DNA of 42,104 nt, taken from positions 47,280-89,383 of the forward strand of contig CAZHKE010000006.1 in the NCBI GenBank assembly GCA_964532485.1, written 5' to 3'. The notes below the pieces were generated by a model. That model ran no database searches and was not told where the DNA came from. It was given only the letters and a program-made list of their open reading frames with translations. Positions 1-9,189 of the stretch are shown piece by piece; position 1 is the stretch's first letter; every line of letters starts with the position of its first letter. Source of the stretch: an uncultured Bifidobacteriaceae bacterium. Lineage in GTDB: Bacteria > Actinomycetota > Acidimicrobiia > IMCC26256 > PALSA-555. A program made the translations under genes and the position numbers.

Positions 1-402
<402 letters not shown>

Positions 403-454
403 ACCCCTTGTGCGACACCAGGTTCGGGCTGCTCTTGTCCTCAGCTGGTCCTCA

Positions 455-475
455 GCGCGTCGTCGCGCAACGCGC
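455..475 (-). terminator. GC-rich hairpin just after the stop of the DUF35-thiolase gene, convergent with rnpB
   Basis: Minus-strand GCGCGUUG-CGCGA-CGACGCGC forms an 8-bp stem with one G-U pair; no U-tract. Confidence 0.3.
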
Positions 476-476
476 G

Positions 477-2105
477 TCAGGTGCCGTCGCGCCGGAGCAG
501 CAGAACGCCCGACGGCGTGCCGCCGCCCGTGGCCACGACCGCGGTGCGGGCCCCCGCGACCTGGCGCTCGTCGGCCTCGTGGCGGAGCTGCGCGACCGCC
601 TCGTAGAGGAAGCCGAAGCCGTGGGTGCGGCCCTCCGACAGCTGGCCACCATGAGGGTTGAGGGGCAGCTCACCGTCGTGCGCGATGCGGCGGCCGGCGT
701 CGAGCCAGTCCATGGCCTCGCCCGGCTCGCAGAAGCCGAGACCCTCGAGCCACGAGATGGCGTTGAACGTGAAGCCGTCGTAGAGCAGTGCCACGTCGAC
801 ATCGCTGGGTCGAAGATCGGTCCGCGACCACAGGTGCGCGGCCTGGCCGAGCACCTGTGGCTCGTGGGTCAACACGTCCTGATCCCACGACACGCGCTCG
901 AGGATCTGCGTACCGACGGCCTCGACCCGCACCGCCGGATGGGGGAGGTCACCCGCAACCGATGCGTCCGAGACGACCAGCGCGACCGAACCATCGCAGG
1001 GCACGTCGCAGTCGTAGAGGCCGAACGGGCTCGAGATCGGACGGGCCGACAGGTAGTCGTCCATGGTCATCGGGTCGCGGTAGATCGCCACCGGGTTGCG
1101 AGCCGCGTTCGCGCGGTCGGTCAGAGCGATCCATCCGAGCAGCTCGCGCGTCGCGCCGTAGCGGTGGAGATACTGGTTGGCGTTCACACCGATCCAGTTC
1201 GCCGCCGACATCGCCCCGAACGGCATGCTCCACGCCATGAAGCCGTCGATGCGGTCACCGCCCCGTTGGCCGAGGCCCAGGGCGGCGTACGTCGACTGCC
1301 ACACAGTGCGGAAGCACAGCACGTGTCGGCACAGCCCCGCGCTGACCGCCAACATCGCCTGGATGATCGCGCCCGCCGGGCCGGGAAGCTCGAAGCCACC
1401 GTTCGTCCATGTGGGGTGGATTCGCAGCACTTCTTCCAGGGCAGTGATCCCGCCCTCGTCGAACCCCATTCCCGACGCGCCGGGATACGTCGAGAGGCCG
1501 TCGATGTCGCCGCGCTCCAGGCCGGCGTCGCTGATCGCTTCCAGGCACGCGTCGACGGTGAGCGACAACGGCGGGCGCATCAGGCGTCGGCCCAACGCGG
1601 ATCGTCCGATGCCCGACACGACGACCTTGTGTTCGAAGCGCTCGGGGCTCGGAGCCGCTCGGGGCTGGGGGCGCGCGCGCTCGACAACCGGATTCGGACC
1701 GTCGAGCTCCCCGGTGGGGCTGAACAACGGCAGCCATACATCATCGTGTTGCTCGAAGCGCACCGTGACCCGCTGGCCGATCCGCACCTCATCCGGCTCG
1801 CAGTCGACGATGTTCGTGGTCAGCCGAACGGTCGGGTCTTCGTCGAGGGCCACGACCGCGACGACGTAGGGAGGCTCGAACGCCGGATGCCACGGCTGGG
1901 CGTTGACGGTGAAGCCGGCGACGGAGGCGCGTCCAGACACCTCGACATCGCGGCGGTCTCGACTGCCACAGCGCGGACAGATCGGCGCTGGCGGGTGTAC
2001 GAGCTGGCCGCAGTCATGGCACCCGTCGATCCGCAGCACGCCGTCCGAGCCGGACGTCCAGAAACGGTGGTTGCTCAGATCGAGCTGGGGGAGGGGTCGG
2101 TTCAT
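477..2105 (-). CDS. DUF35 (Zn-ribbon/OB-fold) fused to an SCP-x/Ltp2-like thiolase-fold domain; probable acyl-CoA aldolase-type enzyme
   Basis: Start reassigned to ATG 2105 (MNRPLPQLD). N-terminal CHDC...CPRC plus PYVVAVVALDE OB-fold; C-terminal YDCDVPCDG, LYDGFT and NPHGGQLSEGRTHG; no nucleophilic Cys. Confidence 0.88.
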   Translation of the reverse strand: MNRPLPQLDLSNHRFWTSGSDGVLRIDGCHDCGQLVHPPAPICPRCGSRDRRDVEVSGRASVAGFTVNAQPWHPAFEPPYVVAVVALDEDPTVRLTTNIVDCEPDEVRIGQRVTVRFEQHDDVWLPLFSPTGELDGPNPVVERARPQPRAAPSPERFEHKVVVSGIGRSALGRRLMRPPLSLTVDACLEAISDAGLERGDIDGLSTYPGASGMGFDEGGITALEEVLRIHPTWTNGGFELPGPAGAIIQAMLAVSAGLCRHVLCFRTVWQSTYAALGLGQRGGDRIDGFMAWSMPFGAMSAANWIGVNANQYLHRYGATRELLGWIALTDRANAARNPVAIYRDPMTMDDYLSARPISSPFGLYDCDVPCDGSVALVVSDASVAGDLPHPAVRVEAVGTQILERVSWDQDVLTHEPQVLGQAAHLWSRTDLRPSDVDVALLYDGFTFNAISWLEGLGFCEPGEAMDWLDAGRRIAHDGELPLNPHGGQLSEGRTHGFGFLYEAVAQLRHEADERQVAGARTAVVATGGGTPSGVLLLRRDGT

Positions 2106-2136
2106 CGCCGGCCCTCGACGACGTCGGGCGCGCCTA

Positions 2137-3414
2137 TCACACCGCGGCGTGCGCGGCTTCCCAACGGCGGCGGTACTCCACCCTCGAGACCGCGCTGACA
2201 TCGACGTCCGTCGCCCGAGCGCGTAGGGCGCCGACCGTCGCTTGCTCGCGGGGCACCGCCTGGAACGGATCGAACCGGAAGAACCGCGCGGCGTTCTCGA
2301 AGGTGATCGCGTTGACCTCTTCATCCGTGCATTCGGCCTTGGTCAGCTCGTCCCAGAGCATCTCAGGCGAGCGAGGCCAGGTGGAATCGGAGTGCGGATA
2401 GTCGCACTCCCACGCGATGTTCTCGATCCCGATTCGATGCCGCGTGAGCAGCGCCGTCGGGTCGGTGATGAAGCAAGCGAGGAAGTTCTTGCGCCAGACG
2501 TCGGTCGGGGTCATTCCAGGCTCGCCGACCTGGAGGTCGGCCCATGTCTGGTTGGTCTGGTAGCGATCCATCCGGTCGAGCATGAAGCCGACCCAGCCGA
2601 TCCCACCCTCGGACATCGCAACCTTGAGATCCGGGAAGCGCTTGAGCGTGCCCGACAGCATCAGATCAGTCGTGGCCACGGCCGAGAGCTGGCTGACGAG
2701 GAGGACGAGGTCGTCGACGTCCGCCGTCGCGGGCCGCTGGAGCAGACGGAACGCGCCGCCGATGTGGAGGCACAGCGTCATGTCGTTGTCGCACAGTGCC
2801 TGGAACACCGGATCCCAGTACTCGCCCTCGCCGAACGCGGGCAGGCCGACCCCGTAGGGGGTCTCGGGCAGCGAGATGGCGGTGACTCCCTTGCGCGCGA
2901 CTCGCTCGATCTCGGCGACCATGGCGCGCGGGTCGTACGTCGGCACGATGCTCAGCGGAAGGAACCGGCCGGGATGCTCACCGGCGACTTCGTCGATGTG
3001 CCAGTCGTTGTACGCCGAGATGACCGCGGTGGTCAGGTCCTCGTCCATGCTCGAGTTGGTGAACGACATGCCGTTGAAGCCGGCGAACGTGGGGAAGCAC
3101 AACGCGGTCTGCTGGCCGTTGGCGTCCATGTCGCGGACACGCTGTGCCACGTCGTAGACGCCGGGGCGCATCTCCTCGTAGCCGACGGGATCGATGCCCC
3201 ACTCCTTCTGCGGCCACCCCGCGACCGAGCCGAGTCCGGCGTAGCCGGTCTCCTCGCCTTGGAAGAGCCACGCACCGGTGCCGGCAGCGCCACCACCCGG
3301 GACGTACTTCGGCGCATCTGCCTGATGCTTCGCCGGAAGGCGGCCCTCGAACAGGTCCGGCGGCTCGACGATGTGGTCGTCGATGCTGACCAGCACCATG
3401 TCTTCCATCCGCAT
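2137..3414 (-). CDS. Amidohydrolase family protein (Amidohydro_2)
   Basis: SIDDHIVEP metal motif, LHIGG, SEGGIGW, WECDYPH; AAGGAG RBS upstream. Confidence 0.9.
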   Translation of the reverse strand: MRMEDMVLVSIDDHIVEPPDLFEGRLPAKHQADAPKYVPGGGAAGTGAWLFQGEETGYAGLGSVAGWPQKEWGIDPVGYEEMRPGVYDVAQRVRDMDANGQQTALCFPTFAGFNGMSFTNSSMDEDLTTAVISAYNDWHIDEVAGEHPGRFLPLSIVPTYDPRAMVAEIERVARKGVTAISLPETPYGVGLPAFGEGEYWDPVFQALCDNDMTLCLHIGGAFRLLQRPATADVDDLVLLVSQLSAVATTDLMLSGTLKRFPDLKVAMSEGGIGWVGFMLDRMDRYQTNQTWADLQVGEPGMTPTDVWRKNFLACFITDPTALLTRHRIGIENIAWECDYPHSDSTWPRSPEMLWDELTKAECTDEEVNAITFENAARFFRFDPFQAVPREQATVGALRARATDVDVSAVSRVEYRRRWEAAHAAV

Positions 3415-3538
3415 GCGACCACGCTCCTTCAGGGTGCGACTCGTGTCGCGGGTCAGGACGCATCGCCCTGACCACCCGTCGATCGGTGATTTCTACTGCC
3501 CTTAACATAATCGGCCGATCCGAAGTACGTTGTTCGCC

Positions 3539-4699
3539 GTGACGCTTGCCGCTGACCTCTACTGGGACCCCCTCGACACCGAGATCGACGCCGATCCCTA
3601 CGCGATCTGGCGGCGGATGCGGGACGAGGCGCCGGTGTACCGCAACGAGCGCTACGACTTCTGGGCTCTGTCCCGCTTCCATGACGTCGAGGCCGCTCAC
3701 CGGGATCCGGCGACCTACAGCTCGGCACACGGCACGGTGCTCGAGATGATGACGCCCGAGCTGATGACCGACGTCATCATCAACATGGACCCGCCTCAGC
3801 ACACAGAGCTGCGTGCGCTCGTGTCGCGGGCGTTCACTCCACGTCGCATCCGCGCGCTCGAGGAAAGGATCCGCGCCGTCTGCGCTGAGCTTCTCGACCC
3901 CCACGTCGGCTCGAGCGGGTTCGACTACGTCGCTGACTTCGGCGCCCAGCTGCCGTCGCGGGTGATCTCGATGCTGCTCGGCGTGCCCGAGCAGGAGCGG
4001 GAGGAGCAGCGCCAGAACATCGACCTCATCTTCCACATCGAGCCCGACGTCGGGATGTTCAACGATGTCTCGATCGGAGCGCGGCTCGCGCTTCAGGAGT
4101 ACCTGGCCGGCCTCGCCGCGCGAAAGCGAGTCAAGCCTGGCGACGACCTCATCAGCCTCTTGTGCGAGCATCTCGACGACAACGAGCTGGCCACGTTCTG
4201 CAACCTGCTGTTCGCTGCAGGGACCGAGACCGTCGGGCGCTTGCTCGGAAACGCCGCGGTGGTGCTCGCGGAGGAGCCCGACCAGCGGGCGATCCTCGCT
4301 ACCGATCCGGAGCTGTGCGCGAACGGTGTCGAGGAGCTGCTGCGCTACGAAGCGCCGTCGCCGGTGCAGGGGCGCTGGACCACCGAGAAGGTGACGGTGC
4401 ACGGAGTCGAGATCCCCAAGGACTCGAAGGTGCTCCTGCTCACCGGTAGCGCGGGTCGCGACGAGCGCGTCTTCCCCGATCCCGACCGTTTCGACGTCCG
4501 CCGCACCATCGATCACCACCTGTCGTTCGGCTACGGCATCCACTTCTGCGTCGGCGCCTCCCTGGCTCGAATGGAGGGCAAGGTGGCGCTCGAGGAGACG
4601 CTGAAGCGCTTCCCGAGCTGGGAGGTCGAGCCCGGCGCAGCGGTGCGCCAGCACACCTCGACGGTGCGCGGATACCTGTCGGTGCCGATCCGCGTGTGA
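3539..4699 (+). CDS. Cytochrome P450 (CYP123/CYP189-like appearance)
   Basis: MDPPQH, AAGTET I-helix, EELLR (ExxR), FGYGIHFCVG heme motif. Start is GTG 3539 or TTG 3530. Confidence 0.93.
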   Translation: MTLAADLYWDPLDTEIDADPYAIWRRMRDEAPVYRNERYDFWALSRFHDVEAAHRDPATYSSAHGTVLEMMTPELMTDVIINMDPPQHTELRALVSRAFTPRRIRALEERIRAVCAELLDPHVGSSGFDYVADFGAQLPSRVISMLLGVPEQEREEQRQNIDLIFHIEPDVGMFNDVSIGARLALQEYLAGLAARKRVKPGDDLISLLCEHLDDNELATFCNLLFAAGTETVGRLLGNAAVVLAEEPDQRAILATDPELCANGVEELLRYEAPSPVQGRWTTEKVTVHGVEIPKDSKVLLLTGSAGRDERVFPDPDRFDVRRTIDHHLSFGYGIHFCVGASLARMEGKVALEETLKRFPSWEVEPGAAVRQHTSTVRGYLSVPIRV

Positions 4700-4717
4700 G
4701 CTGAGACGCCCCCGGCT

Positions 4718-5554
4718 CTACTGCTGAGCGACAAATGCCTCAGGGTCGAAGTCGAGGACGATGCGACCGGTGGTGATGCCCGAGATCGTGCCGCCGTCGG
4801 TGTTCACGTTCTCGCCCGAGATGTAGGAGGCCGCGTCGCTGTTGAGGAAGATCATCGGCCCCGCCTGCTCAGCCGGCGTCGAGCGGCGACCCATGCCCTG
4901 CGCGAAGAGGTCGATGATCTGTCCGCCTCCGGCGGCCTCCTCGAACGCCGGCATCATCGGTGTCTCGGTCGGGCCCGGGCTGATGCAGTTGAGGCGAATG
5001 CCCTTCGCGTTGAGGTCGACGGCGGCCTTCATCGTCCAGATGATGAGCGCCTCCTTCGACGGTGCGTACCCGCTGGCGATCTCGTCTGGGTGCGTCTCGC
5101 ACCACGCCTTCGCCGACGCGAAGTCCGGCGTGTCGACGAGCTCCATCCACTTGGCGAGGTTCATCAGATACCCGCTCCCCGCGGTCGACGCGATGCTGCA
5201 GACCGCACCGCCACGGGTCATGTGCGCAGAGACGCAGCCGGTCAGGTGACGCGCGGCGGCGAAGTTGACGAGCATCACGTCCACGTCGCTGAAGGCGACA
5301 CCCGGCAGGCCGGCTGCATTGAACAACGCGTCGATCGTTCCACCGATGTTCTCGATCGCGGCTGTCGCGGCGTCGGGGTCGCGCAGGTCGACCGACTGGT
5401 GACTGGCGACGTCGATGGGAGGCTCCTTCAGGTCCAGCACGTGGATCTCGGCACCGAGATCGGCGAGCCCTTGGACCACGGCCGCGCCCATGCCCGCACC
5501 GCCCCCTCCGCTGACGACCACCCGCTTGCCCTCGTAGCTCAACGGACCCTTCAT
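4718..5554 (-). CDS. SDR oxidoreductase (3alpha-HSD/coniferyl-alcohol-dehydrogenase-like)
   Basis: SGGGGAGMG, NAAG, YAPSK, NCISPG; AAGGAG RBS before ATG 5554. Confidence 0.88.
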   Translation of the reverse strand: MKGPLSYEGKRVVVSGGGGAGMGAAVVQGLADLGAEIHVLDLKEPPIDVASHQSVDLRDPDAATAAIENIGGTIDALFNAAGLPGVAFSDVDVMLVNFAAARHLTGCVSAHMTRGGAVCSIASTAGSGYLMNLAKWMELVDTPDFASAKAWCETHPDEIASGYAPSKEALIIWTMKAAVDLNAKGIRLNCISPGPTETPMMPAFEEAAGGGQIIDLFAQGMGRRSTPAEQAGPMIFLNSDAASYISGENVNTDGGTISGITTGRIVLDFDPEAFVAQQ

Positions 5555-5593
5555 CGATGTGCTCCTTGACCATCTCGACGGCACGCCGATATC

Positions 5594-5606
5594 TTACTCT
5601 GAGTAA
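5594..5606. promoter_or_regulatory. Perfect 13-bp inverted repeat TTACTC-T-GAGTAA in a divergent promoter
   Basis: AT-rich palindrome between divergent SDR and DapA-like genes; overlaps possible -10 hexamers on both strands. Confidence 0.5.
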
Positions 5607-5630
5607 CTAATCCGTCTCGGGGGGTGTGTG

Positions 5631-6668
5631 ATGGTTTCGGCGCGAGATGCTCGAGACTGGGCGGCGAGCGGAGGGTTGCACGGAATCGGCAACTCGCTCT
5701 ACACACCGTTCAGCGGCCCGCACGGAGACGAGATCGACTGGGACGCGTACCGCACGCTCGTGCGCTACTGCGTCGGTCCGCTCGACCACGACATGTTGTG
5801 GCTCACCAGCGGGGTCGCGGAGTGGTGGTCGCTCACCATGGACGAGCGCAAGAAGCTCGTCGAGGTGGCGATCGAGGAAGCACGCGCCATCAAGCCCGAC
5901 GTCGTCATCCAAGCGTGCACCGGCACCGCCTCGTCGAAGGAGTCGCTCGAGCTCACGTTGCACGCGCAAGAGCACGGCGCGGACATGTGCGTCCTGCAGA
6001 CCCCACCGATGGAGGTCCACAACGGCGAGGGCGTGCTGCGCTTCTTCGAGTACGTCGCCGAGCGCACCGACATCGCTCTCGGCATGTTCAACGCGCCCGC
6101 GTCGGGCTACCTGCTCACCGCGCAGGAGATGGCCGACATCCACCACCGCATCCCTGCGGTGATCTCGGTGAAGGAGGGTCACATGGACAGCTTCATGACG
6201 TCCGCGATCCTCCATGCCCTCGCTCCCGAGCTCGTCATCTGGGAGTGCGACCTCATCGTGTACCGGGCGGGCTGGCTGCAGCAGGGCATCGTGACTCCCG
6301 CCCAGCTCGGCACGGTGGGCTACCTCTACGAGACGCCGCAGAACAAGTGGTACACGCAGTACTGGGAGCTGATCTGGGAGGACAGGATCGCCGACGCCAT
6401 CGCCTTCGCCGAGGAGTCCGGGTTGGACGAGTTCCAGGGCGCCATCGGCCGCTGGTTCGGCGAGTACCCCGGGCGCCCCGGCTACCTCACCCACTGGGGT
6501 GAGGCCCTCAAGGTCGCCGCCGACGCACTGGGTCTTCCCGTCGGAGACTACGGGCGGTCGCGACCTCCGCAGGCGCTACTACCCGAGGAGGGCAAGCTCC
6601 AGACCCGGGCCGGCTACGAGAAGTTCGGTCTGATCGGAGCGGCGGCCGACGCGCTCGCAGCGCGCTGA
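5631..6668 (+). CDS. DapA/NanA-fold class I aldolase or dehydratase (not a true DapA)
   Basis: YTPF...EIDWDA, GVAEWWSLT and Schiff-base Lys in SVKEG; FNAP replaces YNxP and TSGVAE replaces GTTGE. Start ATG 5631 or GTG 5628. Confidence 0.82.
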   Translation: MVSARDARDWAASGGLHGIGNSLYTPFSGPHGDEIDWDAYRTLVRYCVGPLDHDMLWLTSGVAEWWSLTMDERKKLVEVAIEEARAIKPDVVIQACTGTASSKESLELTLHAQEHGADMCVLQTPPMEVHNGEGVLRFFEYVAERTDIALGMFNAPASGYLLTAQEMADIHHRIPAVISVKEGHMDSFMTSAILHALAPELVIWECDLIVYRAGWLQQGIVTPAQLGTVGYLYETPQNKWYTQYWELIWEDRIADAIAFAEESGLDEFQGAIGRWFGEYPGRPGYLTHWGEALKVAADALGLPVGDYGRSRPPQALLPEEGKLQTRAGYEKFGLIGAAADALAAR

Positions 6669-6753
6669 GCTGCCGTTCATCCACGAACCTGCAAGACGCG
6701 CGACTGCGATGACCCGGCCGCGTGCAGACCGTCCAGCCTGAGGAGGCTTCGAA

Positions 6754-7980
6754 GTGCATCTGCCGATGAAGGGCGTCACGGTCCTCGAAGTGGCGCAGTT
6801 CACCTTCACGCCCGCAGCGGGAGCGATCCTCGCCGAGTGGGGCGCCGACGTGATCAAGGTCGAGCACGCGGTGACCGGCGATGCACAGCGAGGGTTGAGC
6901 ATCGGGAGCTACGCCGCCGGGACGAACTCGTTCCTGCCGCTGATGGAGCACCCGAACCGCGGCAAGCGAAGCATCGGGCTCGCCCTCGAGACTCCCGGCG
7001 GGCACGACGTGCTGATGAAGCTCGTGAGCGAGGCCGACGTCTTCTTGACCAACTTCCTCCCTGATGCGCGGCGCCGGCTCGAGATCGAGGTCGAGCACGT
7101 GCGCGAGGTGAACCCGGACATCATCTACGTACGCGGGAGCGGCCACGGTCAGCGGGGTCCCGACGCGGAGAAGGGCGGCTACGACGGATCCGCGTTCTGG
7201 TGCCGAGGAGGTAGCGCGTGGAGCGCGACCCCGCCGGACAGCCCTCGTCCCATCGCGATGCCCGGTGGTGCCTACGGCGACTCGATCGGCGGCATGACCA
7301 TCGCCGGCGGCATCGCGGCCGCCCTCTTCGGCCGGGCCGCAACGGGGGAGACGTCCGTCGTCGACGTCTCCCTGCTCGGCGTCGGCATGTGGGCGATGGG
7401 CCTCAACATGTCGATCACCCTCGCCACCGGCCACAACATCCCGCCGGCACCGCTGACCGAGCCGGCTGCGGCGATCGCGAACCCGCTCATCGGAGCCTTC
7501 CGGACCTCGGATGATCGCTGGGTCAACCTGAACATGCTGCAACCGGGCCGGTACTTCGAGGACACGTGCCGGCACCTGGGGATCGAGCACCTGCTCGACG
7601 ACGAGCGGTTCGCGACGGCCCAGGGAATCATGGACCACACCCAGGAGATCCTCGGGGTGATCAGCGACGCCTTCGCGCAGAAGCCGTTCTCCTACTGGGT
7701 CGAGCAGCTGAGCACGCTCGATGGTCAGTGGGCGCCGGAGTGGAACCTCGTCGAGCTCGCCGAGGATCCCCAAGTGGACGCCAACGGCTACCTCGTCGAG
7801 CTCGCCGACGCCGAGGGAAATCCACAACGCCTGGTGGCCAACCCCGTGCAGTTCGACGAGCAGCCACCCGCCGGGATGATCGGACCCGGGTTCGCCGAAC
7901 ACACCGATCAGATCCTGCGCGACCTCGGGTGCACCGACGAGGAGATCATCCAGCTCAAGATCGACGGCGCCTGCACCTGA
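6754..7980 (+). CDS. CoA-transferase family III (CaiB/BaiF)
   Basis: LAEWGADVIKVE, NRGKRSI, ADVFLTNF, catalytic Asp in YGDSIGG; AGGAGG RBS. Confidence 0.93.
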   Translation: MHLPMKGVTVLEVAQFTFTPAAGAILAEWGADVIKVEHAVTGDAQRGLSIGSYAAGTNSFLPLMEHPNRGKRSIGLALETPGGHDVLMKLVSEADVFLTNFLPDARRRLEIEVEHVREVNPDIIYVRGSGHGQRGPDAEKGGYDGSAFWCRGGSAWSATPPDSPRPIAMPGGAYGDSIGGMTIAGGIAAALFGRAATGETSVVDVSLLGVGMWAMGLNMSITLATGHNIPPAPLTEPAAAIANPLIGAFRTSDDRWVNLNMLQPGRYFEDTCRHLGIEHLLDDERFATAQGIMDHTQEILGVISDAFAQKPFSYWVEQLSTLDGQWAPEWNLVELAEDPQVDANGYLVELADAEGNPQRLVANPVQFDEQPPAGMIGPGFAEHTDQILRDLGCTDEEIIQLKIDGACT

Positions 7981-7998
7981 GCCACCCGCGCGCGGCAG

Positions 7999-9156
7999 CT
8001 ACGACATCGGCGTGACCTCGGCGGGGTCGAAGCCGAAGACCTCGAGTGCGTTCTCCCGGAACACACGACGGGCGATCGCTCGGTCGTCGATCAGGTTCGC
8101 CTGCCGATCGACGATCTCGCGCGAATGTGGGTACGTGCCCTCTTCGTGCGGGAAGTCGTTGCCCCACATCAGCGTGGTCTCGCCCGTGTGCACGAGGTTG
8201 TGGATTCCGATCGAGTCGCTCTGGAACGTCGAGTGGATCTGACGCCGGGCGTAGTAGCTCGGCGGGTGCGCGAGGTCCGGGTACACCGACGGATTGCCGG
8301 ACCTGCTCCCGAAGTCGCGGAACTCGTCGTACTTGCGGAAGGCGACGTTGTAGTAGTCCATCGTCTCCATCGTCCACGCGAGCCAGCCCGTGTTGTACTC
8401 GATGAACACCACGTGCATCCCTGGCCGGTCGGCGAGCACACCGGACGTCGAGAGCAACGTCGCGACTTGGGGAGCCATCGTCTGGAGGTACATCAAGTTG
8501 GCGACGGCGGCGCCAGGGCCGCGGTAGTGGACCATCTCATGGCCGGTCCCCTGGTGCATCACCACGGGAAGGCCCGTCCCCGCGATCAGATCCCACAACG
8601 GCCGCCACGAAGCGTGGTTCCACATCGGCGTGACGATCGCCGGGAGCATGATGGCGCCCAACCCGAGCTCGGCGATGAAGGTCGCTTCCGCGATCGCCAT
8701 CTCGACGTCCCACGTGGGTACGAGGCCGGCGCAGCAGAACCGGGGCGACCGCCGATGCAGCTGGTCGTGGATCCACTCGTTGTAGATGCGACAGCTCGCC
8801 TTGCCCCCCTCGGGGCTCTCGAGCATCCAGACCTGGAGCCCGATGGTCGGGAAGATGCACTCGGCGGCGACGCCGTCGGCGCGCATGACGTCGATTCGCT
8901 TGTCGGGGTCGAGCACCGCGAGGCGATCGGCCTCGGCCTGCATGCTCTGCTGGAACGCGTGCTGGCCGTCGAAGACCAGCTGCCAGCTCCCGTCTTCCCC
9001 GGACTCGAGGCCACGCATCGCCTGCTCCCGCAACGACGGCGGCAGGTTCGACGACCAGAGGTCGCGCGGTTCGTTGACGTGCGAGTCGGCCGAGATCATG
9101 CCGATCGTGGAGATCGCGCCCTCTGCCGCCTGCGCTCCTGGGTCCGTCTTCGTCAT
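7999..9156 (-). CDS. Amidohydrolase family protein (Amidohydro_2)
   Basis: SADSHVNEP, VMHQG, IEYNTGW, WGNDFPHEEG; GAGGAG RBS. Confidence 0.9.
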   Translation of the reverse strand: MTKTDPGAQAAEGAISTIGMISADSHVNEPRDLWSSNLPPSLREQAMRGLESGEDGSWQLVFDGQHAFQQSMQAEADRLAVLDPDKRIDVMRADGVAAECIFPTIGLQVWMLESPEGGKASCRIYNEWIHDQLHRRSPRFCCAGLVPTWDVEMAIAEATFIAELGLGAIMLPAIVTPMWNHASWRPLWDLIAGTGLPVVMHQGTGHEMVHYRGPGAAVANLMYLQTMAPQVATLLSTSGVLADRPGMHVVFIEYNTGWLAWTMETMDYYNVAFRKYDEFRDFGSRSGNPSVYPDLAHPPSYYARRQIHSTFQSDSIGIHNLVHTGETTLMWGNDFPHEEGTYPHSREIVDRQANLIDDRAIARRVFRENALEVFGFDPAEVTPMS

Positions 9157-9189
9157 ATGGCGACTCCTCTCGGGCCGACGATTCGTGGT

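Noticed and set aside
2106-2324. N-terminal extensions in the ORF track (also at 10641, 14282, 16268, 19128, 21596, 31585, 32938, 36420)
   Set aside because: They overlap neighbouring genes or promoter regions; downstream starts have an RBS or coupling overlap and match family N-termini.
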